The notes under the pieces: model-generated
What the model was told of the DNA's origin: nothing
Seen by the model: the letters and a program-made list of their open reading frames with translations, nothing else
Database searches by the model: none
Translations under genes and position numbers: made by a program
Part shown: positions 37,401 to 50,739 of the stretch, piece after piece
Numbering within the stretch: the first letter of the stretch is position 1
Layout: each line of letters opens with the position of its first letter
Source: Lytechinus pictus
Lineage: Eukaryota
NCBI RefSeq assembly: GCF_037042905.1
Contig: NC_087245.1
Coordinates: forward strand, 868,001 to 932,000
Direction of reading: 5' to 3'
DNA: 64,000 nucleotides

Positions 37401-37984
37401 TTCGAACCATGCAACTACCGTTCATTTACGTACGGGGTATATATTGGTAGCTGCATGGTTAATGCATAGACGAGTAATAATAAAGCATATCGTCTGATTC
37501 AGCTCCACTTTACACCGTTTCATATTTGATTAGCCCACTTTAACGAGCGAGATAGGTGGGTGGATTTGAATTCAAGAGATAATAATCAAATCGACCTTCA
37601 ATGTCTATATTCCACTTTAAAACACTGTCAAATATGATGTACTTTTTCGAGTAGAGTGGAAAACTAAAAAGCGCCAGTGGGGAGGGGATGGCACTGATGA
37701 AACTCATAGGCGCCATATTGCCCATCTAACTTGTATTTGGGTATAACATTACACTTTATCTTTTTGGTGATCAAGATTTACAGCATGATTCATCCAGTTC
37801 CATGAACTAAGAATTTGGACAACTATGTTTATTTGTTACCATGGTTACTAAGACAATGGCCTGATTTGAATTGTTCAACTTTCCATTTAGCTGCTCAAAT
37901 CAAACTTTATTTCACCATGTACATTAAGTCGTCAAAATCACTCGTAACGACTAATTAAAGCAAAATATAATTTTCAGGTCCCCC

Positions 37985-38055
37985 TACCTCCCCCTCTCTC
38001 CCCCTCCCTCTCTCTCTCTCTCTCTCACACACAAACACATACATACACACACACC
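37985..38055. repeat. (CT)n(CA)n compound microsatellite
   Basis: Read directly. Confidence 0.85.
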
Positions 38056-40589
38056 CTCACTCTCCAGGTGCAGCTTCTTCATTTCATTTCATTAATTTCC
38101 TTATTATCCAACAAACAATACAATTTAAGTAACATTATATAATGCATTTTAAAACAATGTAGGCATGAAGCATTAAAATTAATTAAACATTTAGTCCGTA
38201 TAATGTAAAACGGCTAGGCAGTGTAGGTTAGGTATGGAGGGGACTGCTGAAAACACGGGTTTGTAGATCACAGTCCCATCATCGTTTTAACCTCACACTG
38301 TAGAGTCAAAGCACTTCACATCATAATCATAATATTCTACTGACGTGACAAATATTCATAAATCAGTCATTTCTTCGACACCTAAATTGACTCTTTGCTT
38401 TTGCACCTGTCATACGGGCTTGGTATCCTCGTGATACAATGTTATACGCAAGCAAGCTCGGTCATTTCTTATGCTTGTGTTAGTGCTTTGGCAACTCGTT
38501 TTAATTAAATATACTATGTTTCACAACATACCATATCAAATGTGTAAAAACTAAACATTGTATCGTATTTTTTAAGGTTCCTTATGTCTTTCTAAGTAAT
38601 GAAAAACTAATCGAGCGTGTATTCATTAAATAAGACATTCATATAGCAATCAATAATTTAGACCATTCACTTTAATCTAGATATGATCATTTTCTATTCT
38701 GACTGGCTGTTGAAGGCATATTCTAAGAACCTGCACATTTTTGACTTGGTTTATGCAATATATAAACATAATTTTAATATGAATATTCCCAAAGGCATGC
38801 ATGCTCAAAAGAAGTATGGGGCCTATAGGATATGAAGTTAAATTTGGTGTGTTCTTGTTTTGTTTCCAGCTGTCTGTTAATTAAGTAATCAGATTTATTT
38901 TCAAAGAGTTTTAGGAACAGCATATTTTGTGGGTATTAACGATAGCTTCCAAGTTTTGCAAGATCTTTCAATTTCATTTTCACCCACACAGGCAAGCTCT
39001 CTTACGACGTTATTTCATGATTCGCGGATACCAGTGCCCAGTGGTGTGTAATTTCTCGATTGAATGAATAGTAAATTGACGATAATGCAATAACACCTCC
39101 CCTTTTCAATTGAATTGGATTTACACACACTGACTGATGATAGTAGGCAATAGGGTATTGTGTATGGTGTCAGTAGGGAATTGGGAGTGTCATATTGCTT
39201 TCAAGATTAAAACGTTGACGCTGTATTAAGACAACGTCAATGCCCTGAAAAAATGAAGTTCAAAGAGAAATCAAAATGAGTAAGAGAAAAGTTATTCGTA
39301 TTCGAAATCGAATACAAATCTTATCAGAAATAAATTATTATGATGCATTTCGACTGGAGAAAGAGAGGAAGAAAGAGGGGTAAGAGAGAAGGTGATAGAG
39401 TAGATAGAAGGGGAGAGATATGGAGAGAGAATTATGCAAAAGGAAAGCGAGAGGGAGAGAGTTTTTATTTTTGTTCTCCCGTTATTCTATTTTCTTTTTA
39501 CTTCGCGGTGAATGTCTGTGCGTCAGGCTGAAACAATATTCAATCCACCCCTGCGGCTCCCATACACCCATAACCATACAATCCGTTTCCCTTTTTTGAT
39601 CGGGTTGGATTTCGGCGGGAAAGGTATCTGGATATCGAAAATGATGTCGCCTGCTCCACATGAATTCATCATAATGAGGGATGAACGACGCTGAATGTGA
39701 AGTCGCTTCGTGGTGATGGTAGCTGCCAGAGAAACAAGAGAAGCACGTCCATCACATATTTAGGAGAACCTAGAATAGACGTCCAGGAATCGACCGCGAG
39801 ATGATCTTTGTGTTCGTGTTTCAGAAATCTTTGGGGAAGTGAAAAACGCTCTTCAATTAGGCGACGAACGAACTATCTGAACATTACGGTGTAACTACGC
39901 ACGCGCATCCTGGTCTGGGTTATCGAGAGCCATATACAGCCTTTACATGTTCGTTATCTTAGCGAGGCGCCACACAGCAATGCGAAGAGTAAATGACGAA
40001 TAATGCTGTGGGATATTTACAATGGATATTAACACAGTTCATTGTCTGTACATGTATGCAGAATAAGATATGAGGCTGAAGACATCTTAAAAATGGAGTA
40101 GCAACATGTGGAAAACAACCATCTTTGTTCAATTCTGTAGTTTGAAATCGTTTCTTCTTTTTCTAAGGATCATTGCAGAGAGAATCCAAGACGCCATTAA
40201 GGTAAGGTTAACAAACGTCGTCTGCTAATGCACAGCTCTGACGTCATACTGCTATTTATTTATATTTTTGGTTCGACGATATTTCCTTTCCACTTCGTCA
40301 AATCTAGTCAATACAACATCTTATTTTAATTTTCTCTTATCCTTCCTTACTGTCTCTTCTTGCCACGCAAAACCCCTTTCCTTCCTCCATTACGTTATGA
40401 CGCCATTTTTACCATTCGTTTTCATTTTATTCAAGTGTTAAAAATCTGCCAATGGTCACTTGTTATCTTCAAATGTTATTACTTCATATTGTTCATATTG
40501 GTTAAGATGAAATAAAGAAAGTGCACACTAGTAACCTAGAATGCGTATAACATTTACATTTATTTGAATGTAAGATATAAGAGAACTGT

Positions 40590-40670
40590 TGATTAAATGA
40601 CTTGCTCACGGGAATCGAACCTCCAACTTTCATGTCTAGTCAGGCGCTTTGACCACTCGGCCACGGCACC
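40590..40670 (-). mobile_element. tRNA-derived SINE head; a similar fragment lies at about 60870-60945
   Basis: Minus strand reads GGTGCCGTGGCCGAGTGGTCAAAGCG...GGTTCGATTCC followed by GAGCAAGTCATTTAA. Confidence 0.6.
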
Positions 40671-42821
40671 TGTAAAAATATTGAAGTAAACCAGAAAACA
40701 CGTGACCGGTATGCACCCTCTAGCACCATCGTTCACTAAATCTTTCTTTTTTTCAATCAATATCATGATTATTCAAAATTTGATTTTATTACGGTACCTC
40801 ACCATGTCTCTATACGAGGACATCTAATTCTTATAGTATCTTTTGATTTCGCTGGATAGATTATCTCTTTTAACTTTCAAACATAAAGACAAGACAAACT
40901 ATTATTCCAAGAATCCGCTACGGTTATTGATTTTCAATATGAGGTATTGAAATTCAATAACGTTTAACTGATTCTCATTATCACTGGTTTGTATATCAAG
41001 AAACTCTTTTACATTTTCTATAGATGTGACTTTCTAATGTAAAAATCTAAAATCACCCTTCTTATCTAATGTATAACAGGTTGTGATGAGTATTTGCAGA
41101 ACCTCGCCACGCATTGGATCTATTTAATCTCATCCTGATCGATCGAATTGGGAATGATTACTGTGAAAAAAAAGATGATTGATTGAAACTAAGTGGAATA
41201 GGATAATTTCACGAATTTAAGGAATATTTATGCTAATAATTATGCAGTCCTCCAAACAACATGAACAATCTAGAATTGTCTGTAAAGTTGAATTCATTAA
41301 ACAGAAAAGTTATAAAATCATTTCCTTCACGTAATGCTTAAAATATATAATAATCTCTCTTATATTGTGTGGAAAGGATACTACCATCTAAAATACTTTC
41401 TTTGCCGTCCTTTAAACCTTAGAAACAATATAACATCCATGACTTGCCGTATTCAATTTAAGCGCAATTTGTATTCACACACGGCATGTACGATGTGTGT
41501 CAGTTTTTCAATTTGATAAATTATGAATGTATCGCTATGGCTTCCGCTCATAAATTCTTCAATTTCCATGGTAACCGCATGGGCTTTTCCATTTTCAGTT
41601 CAAAACAGAGAACTATATTACCCTTCTATAGTGGATTTTCCAAATGGAAAAATATAAGACTGTCGCTAGATCTTTGATCAAGGGAATGCATATCCTCTTT
41701 CAAAAGCGCCCAAGGGAAAGTTCACTGAAAAATGAACCTTCTCATATTATGAACATCTCGTTTCATCATATGTTCATTCTGAACCAAAACTACTTCTTGT
41801 CCTTTTGACAACCCTTCTCCGTCCCATCCTGGTCCCTTTTCAAATTTGCCCCATTTTAAGGGTCTGTTACATAATCATTCACTGTCATATTTCCAATGAG
41901 TGTATATTTATACCGATACAGTCTTCTCCCATCCCTTATGGTGTTTGGGAAACTAAACGAAAGATAACTACATTATTTGAACTTTGAAAAGAGGTTTATG
42001 AATAATTTGAATGAATGATGAAAAGTTATGAAATATATACCATTTCAATCACTTGCCAAATTCATTATCATAATCTGTTTGAATAGTGTTATTACACAAA
42101 ACAGCTGACGCGATGCAGCTGCGCCTTTGTATACATAACGATCGATGGCAAAATGATCTGCCTTTGACCTTTAATATTTTCTGGCTTTATACCGTCGATG
42201 AGACATTTTATTGTTATATGTTGAAACCCAACAAAAGCCAAATTTATATCATATTGCATGATAAACATGTTATATATTTGCTGGTCACAATTTGATTGGG
42301 AGAGCTTGATATAAAATAATAATGCATTCAATGATACGAGTGATTGTAAAAAAGACTTGAGATTAATGTGGACTTAATCACGAAGGGAATTCTCATGAAT
42401 AATAATATCATTCACCCTTAAGGCCCTTCAATCATTAATGTAGGGCCGAGCTGACAAAACTTCGCTGAATATTCTGAAGTTGGTAAATGAAGTAAAATGC
42501 CCGTTCTAAAACACCGGGAATCAACGGTGGCTATATCAGTCACCGTCGTCATCATCAATGTCACGATTTCTGATTTCTGAAGATACAATATCAGCAAGAG
42601 TACAAAAAATTATACCATGACTCATTTACTATTTATAAGTAGACTCAAGATGTTTTTCTTTCTTGACGAAATACTATTTTGTTTTTGTTTATCTGCTTAT
42701 ATTCCTTGAATTGTATATTTGTTTTGTATTATTTTGTACTTTTTGTTTTGAACAAAATATTGGCGAATGCCAATGACGTTCTAATAAATTCAATTCAATT
42801 CACGATTATTTAAATATAATT

Positions 42822-42890
42822 ATGATGGTGGTGATGGTGGTGGTGGTTGTGGTGAAGGTGATGATGATGATGATGACGATGATGACGATA
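42822..42890. repeat. (GGT)n(GAT)n microsatellite
   Basis: Read directly. Confidence 0.85.
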
Positions 42891-43025
42891 CGATTCCCTT
42901 TATCTTTAAGCCCCGCTCATTATCCTAATTTCATTTGTCAACAGAATCTCGTATGATCCCATAGATTATTGATAATATTGTTTTGTGTTTATTTCGTTTT
43001 TGTTGTGTACTTTCAGCAATGTTAA

Positions 43026-46000
43026 AGCAAGGTTGGCGAGTTGTACGCGAGCTGCGCAAGCTCTAACTCGCCTTAACTCGCACAAGCTCGCGTGAAATTT
43101 ACATTTTTTCTGGAATTTGCTTGAGTGACAACAGACTCAACATCGAGTTCACTACGCTCGCTGTACGAGTGAACCGAGCGCGAAACGAGTCAGATCGAGC
43201 TTAGTATGAGTTGCAGTGACCTTTACACGACTTAAATCGAGCTATGAACGAGTTATCAAGATTTTGTTACGAGTGATAAGAGTTTCGTACGACCAAGGGT
43301 CGAAAATGCACATTTTTGGCACTCAAAGATGGATGCCGGCGGCGGCGGCGTCAACACCAATTTTTAACCGAAGGTAAAGTTTTTGAAATGACATCATAAC
43401 TTAGAAAATATATGAACCTAGTTCATGAAACTTGGACATAAGGTTATTAAAGTATTATTGAACATACTGCTTGAGTTTCAAGTCACATGACTAAGGTCAA
43501 AGGTCATTTAGGGTCAATGGACTTTGGCCAATTGGGGGTATTTGTTGAATGCCATTATAACTTTGAAAGTTTATGAATCTGATTCATAAAACTTGGACAA
43601 AAGAGTAATCAAGTATCACTGAACATCTCATGCGAGTTTCAGGTCACATGACCAAAATCAAAGGTCATTTAAGGTCATTGAACTTTGGCCATTTTGGAGA
43701 TTATTATTAGATTGCTGTCATAACTTTCAAAATTTAGATACAGTTTTAAAAATTTGGATATAGGGGTAATCAAGTATAACTGACAAGTCTTATAGGTCAC
43801 ATGGGTCCCGTAACACAAAGGTTAGCGATTAATCGTACGCTTGATTCTACGATTGATTGTACATTGTAGCCAATGGAATCAATCGTAGAAAAATGTTCTA
43901 CGATCATTGCTAAGCTTTGGTTTACGGGCCAATGATCAAGGTCAAATTCAAAAGTTGCAAAATGACACAATATTGAAAGTCACTGTTCTTTTTCCGTGGT
44001 GATGAGTTTCTCAGCGGTTTCTTTTAATTGTTTTCATGCACCTTAACATTAAAATGGAATCATACACACCTCTGCACAAGCAAACACATAACAAACAAAC
44101 AAGCCATCACTACATAAACCACAACAAAACATAAAATATGAAGAAGCAGAATTGATTTTCATCTCTATTGACACTGACAAAAGAATCATGTTCTGTATTG
44201 ACCCTTCATGACTATTTCTGCTCCTTTTGCAGCTTTTCAATTCAGACCTCATCAAACTATTTTGAATTTTGCTCATTTTTTTTATGGCATGATCATAACA
44301 AGCATGGTATCATTTTAAAGAGAATCAAATGATCTTTTGAAAGATATCAAATATCTATTGTGTAAAATTTGGAGTTGGGAGAAATTAATGGCCAAACTCA
44401 GATTTCCAAACTTTTTTTGCTCGTTTTGCAGCTTTTCAATTCAGACTTCATCCAACACTTTTGAATCCTGCTCTTTTCATGATGGCATGATCATAACAAG
44501 CATGGTATTATTGTAAAGAAAATTGAATGATCTTTTAAATGATGTCAAATATGCATTGTGTAAAATTTGGAGTTGGGAGAAATTAATGGCCAAACTCAGA
44601 TTTCCAAACTTTTTTTGAGGGGTTTATATGTGGGAAAATATAGATCACTGGACATTTATCATTCAGCTGGCATGTCAATGAGCACTTGCAACGCACTCGG
44701 AATGGACTCATAGCAAGGTTTCCACTTTGGCGAGTTGGAGTTGCGAGTCATACGCGAGCTGCGCGAGCTCTAACTCGCCTTAGCTCGCACAAGCTCGCGT
44801 GAAATTTACATTTTTCCCTGGAATTTGCTTGAGTGACAAACGACTCAACATCGAGTTCACTACGCTCGTTGTACGAGTGAACCGAGCGCGAAACGAGTCA
44901 GGCCGAGCTTAGTATGAGTTGCGGTGACCTTTATACGACTTAAAGCGAGCTATGAACGAGTTATAAAGATTTTGTTACGAGTGATAAGAGTTTCATACGA
45001 CCTAGGGGTGGGAAATGCACATTTTTGGCACTCAAAGATGGATGCCGGCGGAGGGGGCGTCAACACCAAATCTTAACCGAAGGTTAAGTTTTTGAAATGG
45101 CATCATAACTGAGAAAGTATTTGGACCTAGTTCATGAAACTTTACCATAAGGTTTATCAAGCATTACAAAATATTCTTTTCGAGTTTCAGGTCACAAGAC
45201 CAAGGTCAGAGGTCATTTATGGTCAATGAACGTAGACCATGTTTAGGGAATCAACATCAAAGTCTTAACCTACGGTTAAGTTTTTGAAATGTCATCATAA
45301 CTTAGAAAATATATGAACCTAGTTCATGAAACGTGGACATAAGGTTATTAAAGTATATAAACATCCTGCTTGAGTTTCAAGTCACATGACTAAGGTCAAT
45401 TAGGGTCAATGGACTTTGGCCAATTGGGGTATTTGTTAAATTAACATTATAACTTTGAAAGTTTATGAATCTGATTCATGAAACTTGAACATAAGAGTAA
45501 TCAGGTATCACTAAACATCCTGTGCGGATATCAGGTCACATGTCCAAGGTCAAAGGTCAATGAACTTTAGTGATGTTCGGGTGATCTGTTGAATTACCAT
45601 CATAACTTTAAAAGTTTATAGATCTGATTCATGAATCTTAGATATAAGAGTAATCAAGTATTCCTGAACATCCTGTGCGAGTTTCAGGTCACATGACGAA
45701 GGTCAAAGGTCATTTATGGTCAATAAACTTTGGCCATGTTGGGGGTATTTGTTGAATTACCATCATAACTTTGAAAGCTTATGGATATGATTCATCAACT
45801 TGGATATTAGAGTAGTCAAGTATCACCGAACATTTCATGTCAGTTTCAGGTCACATGACCAAAGTCAAAGGTCATTTAAGGTTATTGAACTTTGGCCATT
45901 TTGGAGATTAATACTATATTACTGTCATAACTTTCAAAGTTTAGATACAGTTTATAAAATGTGGATATAGGGGTAATCTAGTATCACTGACAAGTCTTAG

Positions 46001-48566
46001 GTCAAATGATAAAGGTCAAATGTCATTTATTGTAAATGAACGTAGTATTGTATCAATGTATGAATGGTGTTTTTGTGAATAATTATTTTACAATAGTTTT
46101 CAGAGTCAGCACTACTTCTATATTGGATAGCGTGATGCAGAGGCGCTCCACTTGGACCTTAATTGTCCAGTTTGATGTCTTGTTTTTTTACCTTGGCTCT
46201 GCTCGTCATTGACCTCCTCTTCCGTTTCAATTGTCTCTTCCTGCACTTCTTCTACCCTTGTTTGAATGTCATCTTCTTTCGCTGTTTCCCTATCTGAATG
46301 GCCACAACTCTTGGATCTTTTGGATCGAGGCATATTTCTCTCCTTATTTGTTGAAAGTTGTAATAATGCAGTGGAAACAGCCTTTTTAAAAGTACGTGTA
46401 CATTGCGTGGGTCAGTTAAAATGTGCTCTCACTTTAAAATAACTCCTCAAAAAAAGTTTGGAAATCCGACTTTAATCAAAACTCCCTCCTCAGTTTTAGT
46501 AAATATCAATTGTTATTAATATCAATGAATAGATCATTTAAGTGTCTTTAAATGATACCCTACATGATATGATTATGGTTCACATGGAGGTGCAGTGCCT
46601 TGAAATGTAGGGCAAGGTCAAAAATCAAAATTAAGTTGCAAAGAGACACAGTATTGAAAGTCACTGTTCCTTTGATGAGTGAGTATTTTAAGCGGTTTCT
46701 TTTGAGTTTGATCGGTAATCCCGCCTCGGTTTTAGTAAATATCAAGTTGAATTAATATCAATGAATAGATCATTTAAGTGTCTTTAAATGATACCCTACA
46801 TGATATGATTATGGCTCACATGGAGGTGCAGTGCCTTGAAATGCGGGGCAAGGTCAAAATTCAAAATTTGCAAAATGACACAATATTGAAAGTCACTGTT
46901 CTTTTCTTCCATGATGATGAGTGAGATTCTCAGCAATTGTTTTCATGCACCTTAATATCAACATTCAAATGGAATCAAACACACCTCTGCACAAGCAAAC
47001 ACACAACAAACAAACATAAACCACAACAAAACATTATGAAATGAAAAAGCAGGGGTTTGATTTGAATGGATTTTCATCTTTATTGACACAGACAAAAACA
47101 TCATGTTCTGTATTGACCCTTCATGATTACTTATGCTCGTTTTGCAGCTTTTTACTTGAGACCTCATCCAACACTTATTAATTTTGTTCTTTTTTGATGG
47201 CATGATCATAACAAGCATGGGATCATTTAAAAGAGAATCAAATGATCTTTTGAAAGATATCAAATATGCATTGTGTAAAATTCGGAGTCGGGATAAATTA
47301 ATGGCCAAACTCAGATTTCCAAACTTTTTTGCTCGTTTTGCAGCTTTTCAATTCAGACTTTATCCAACACTTTTGAATCCTGCTCTTTTCGTGATGGCAT
47401 GATCATAACAAGCATGGTATCATTGTAAAGAAAATTGAATGACCTTTTAAATGATGTCAAATATGCAATGTGTAAATTTTGGAGTTGGGAGAAATTAATG
47501 GCCAAACTCAGATTTCAAACTTTTTTTGAGGGGTTTATATGTGGGGAAAATATAGATCACTGGACATTTATCATTCAGCTGGCATGCCTCTGAGCTATTG
47601 CAACGCACTCGGAATAAACTCATACGAAACTCGCTGTAACTCGGGGTGCTCGATCTAAAGTCGCGCTAATCTCGTGGGCACCTCCATTTGACTCGTAAAA
47701 CGATCGCAATGCTCGTATATCGCTCTTGAAAACTCGGAACGCACTCGCGTATACTCAGATGTGGCGAGTTATTACGAGTTATTGTGAGTTTATCTCGAGC
47801 TTCTTACGAGTTATTGCGAGTGCTGCGAGTATATAACGAGTTTAGGTGAGTTCAGCACGAGTTACAGCGAGTTAGCAAAATTTTTGAACATGTTCAAAAA
47901 TTTTGAAACAGCTCACGACTTCAAGGAGAGTTGTCCCGAGCTTGAACGAGCTCCGCCGAGCTCTGCCGAGTTGTCGCGAGTTATCCCGAGTTTCATGGTG
48001 AGCTTTATGCGAGTTATCGCGAGTGCCTCATTTTGGCAACTCGCTATAACTCGCCATAACTCGCGATGTTAACTCGCCAAAGTGGAAACCTTGCTATACG
48101 AAACTCGATGTAACTCGGGGTGCTCGATCTAAAGTCGCGCTAATCTCGTGGGCACCAGTCCTCCACTTGACTCGTAAAACGATCGCAATGCTCGCATTTC
48201 GCTCTTGAAAACTCGGAACGCACTCGCGTATACTCAGATGTGGCGAGTTATCACGAGTTATCGCAAGTTTATCTCGAGCTTCTTACGAGTTATATCGAGT
48301 ACTGCGAGTATATAAGGAGTTTAGGTGAGTTCAGCACGAGTTACAGCGAGTTAGCAAAATTTTTGAAAATGTTCAAAAATTTTGAAACTGCTCACGACTT
48401 CAAGGAGAGTTGTCCCGAGCTTGAACGAGCTCCACCGAGCCATGCCGAGTTGTCGCGAGTTATCCCGAGTTTCATGGTGAGCTTTATGTGAGTTATCGCG
48501 AGTGCCTCATTTTGGCAACTCGCTATAACTCGCCATAACTCGCAATGTTAACTCGCCAAAGTGGAC
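43026..48566. mobile_element. Outer, partly decayed copy of a CGAG-rich TIR DNA transposon, interrupted by a second copy of itself
   Basis: 43026-43400 repeats 44713-45100 and 48097-48566 repeats 47622-48090; both terminal repeats are partly deleted. Confidence 0.8.
44713..48094. mobile_element. Inner copy of the same TIR element (superfamily uncertain), containing an AGGTCA-rich tandem array
   Basis: 24-bp perfect TIR GCAAGGTTTCCACTTTGGCGAGTT / AACTCGCCAAAGTGGAAACCTTGC flanked by TA. Confidence 0.85.
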
Positions 48567-48625
48567 TTTAGACTAAGCTGTTATCATTGAATACGATTTC
48601 AAATAGAGTATGCAGTGTATATATA

Positions 48626-50672
48626 CACAACAAAAAAAGTAAGTCCCCCCTTAAACAAACATCAATAATTTCCGAACCAATGCGAGTTTTTAATATATTT
48701 TTACATGAGCGTGTTGGTAATTTTATAAGCTACCCTCTGAGTAAACGTTATGGACGCATTTCACTTCATGCTTCAGTGAGCACCGTCAGAAGGCAAAAAT
48801 GTAACTTTTCAAAAGTCACAAGCCAAATATCATGACTTTGATTCCATTTTATTGGAACTAATTCCATATTCTCATCATAAAAAATAGTCAGAAGGCTTGT
48901 AAAAGGTACTCTCTAAAAGACGATACAACTTTTTTGGCTAAATTTCACGGTTGAATAAACACAAGTCCAAATTTGCTATAATTGGATTTTCTACACATTT
49001 ATATCAATAAAAATGATAGAATATGATGACAGTTATTTTTGGAAGAGTTTCTTCAACAATATTCATCGTTTCACGGTTCAATGAACATTTATTGAAAACA
49101 AAAAATACGATTTTCAAATATCATAGGCAAGTATTGGTTCATTTTGGGAACTGAAAATGATTTTTTCTCAACCTTCTCGTTATGTTCATGACCAATTAAC
49201 ATGCTTCAATGATTCAAAGGCGTTTAATTAAATATCCACGCTTGAATGAACATGTGGAATGCGATTAGCTCTTTTTTACGTTATTCGAAAAAATGCAATT
49301 TGTTACTATGGATATCTCTCACAAACCTCCTTGCATAGGTTCATTTGATTTGATTTTATGAAATTCCCGATGTTTAATGCATCAGTGAGCACACAATATT
49401 CGAAGATTATGCAAATGAGAAGAAAGTTCAAGGCCTTGGCCCCACTCTGTGTCGTATCGAATGGTTATTTTGGTGTGCGCGCCTTTTGGATAGTGTTACT
49501 CTGAAGCCATGTACGAAGTTTCATGAAATAACTATTGGCAGAAGTAACAAAAACCGTCCATGAAACAAACCCTCAATTCATATTTGTTAAAATTTTGACT
49601 TCGTCTCTCATAGACTCGTGTACATTATGGGTGCACATGTTTAAGAATTAGTAACCCCTTATTCAATATGGTGGAACTTTTTTTCACGGCTGTCTTTAGC
49701 AATGTCATTTAGCAGTAATGTTTATCAACCTATGGGCAGAATTCTGTGCAAAAATGAAATCGATTTGTTTACTTATGGATGAGTGAGCACGCATCAAAGT
49801 GGGAAAATTTGTATTTTCAATGTCACAGACTCATTTTAAAGGGTAATAAAGTGAATATTGGGGGCAAATTCGGTTTCAAATAAGACTTTAATTGCTATTG
49901 TTTTTATCATCCATCATTTCTATCACCACACACTTTCCGAACTTTAAACATTTTCATGGTTGAGCGAGCACATTCGAAAACTTAGGAATGAATACTCTTT
50001 ATACTGCATACATGTATTCTTTTCCTAACAATTTCTCATGATCAGTTTAATTTATGGACAAATCAGTGGTGGGTCCAGAATTTTAAAATGGGGGAGGGGC
50101 CTATAATCGGGGGAGCCACCAACATTTTTAAATTTCAACATGATCTAACAAGTTGTAGAGGATACTACCATAAACCCCTATGATGATACGTCACAATACA
50201 GGGGCCGGGGAAGGGTTTTCAAAGTGGGGGGGGGGCTGACCATGCAAAAAATCACAATCGTATGGTCATTTTTACATTTTTGTACATGCTTTTGGAAACA
50301 AGTGGGGGGGGGGGGACTGAAGCTCCCCGCCCAGCCCCCCCCCCCCCCGCTTCCACAGCCCCTGCAATACGTTGTGCTCACTCAACCATGAACATATGAT
50401 ATCAAAGTTGTGTTTGGAGTGGCTAAATGATTGATAGTAAAACAGCATAACACCTAAAGACAACATTTGCCCAACTTTGCATTTGCACAATCTGAAAAAC
50501 GACTCTTGTGACTTTCAAAAATTGTCATTTTTAATTCAATCTTTAATTACTCATGCATGACTCAACCGATCAATCTTATTTTTCCCCAGGAGTTGCTTAA
50601 TGAGTGTAGAAAACCACCTACGGTTAAAAGTTACAGCAATTTGATTTAGGGGGGACTTACTTTTTTGTTGTG
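48626..50672. mobile_element. Tc1/mariner-like non-autonomous element
   Basis: TA|CACAACAAAAAAAGTAAGTCCCCCCT ... AGGGGGGACTTACTTTTTTGTTGTG|TA. Confidence 0.85.
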
Positions 50673-50739
50673 TATAGATTAGGGCATAATAATATTGATG
50701 CTTTATATTTTATCACATATTTCTTCCAAAATACACCTA

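Noticed and set aside
47884..48491. Duplicated ORFs (MFKNFETAHDFKESCPELER...) as a gene pair
   Set aside because: They lie in the CGAG-rich subterminal regions of the two nested transposon copies and show no protein-family motifs.
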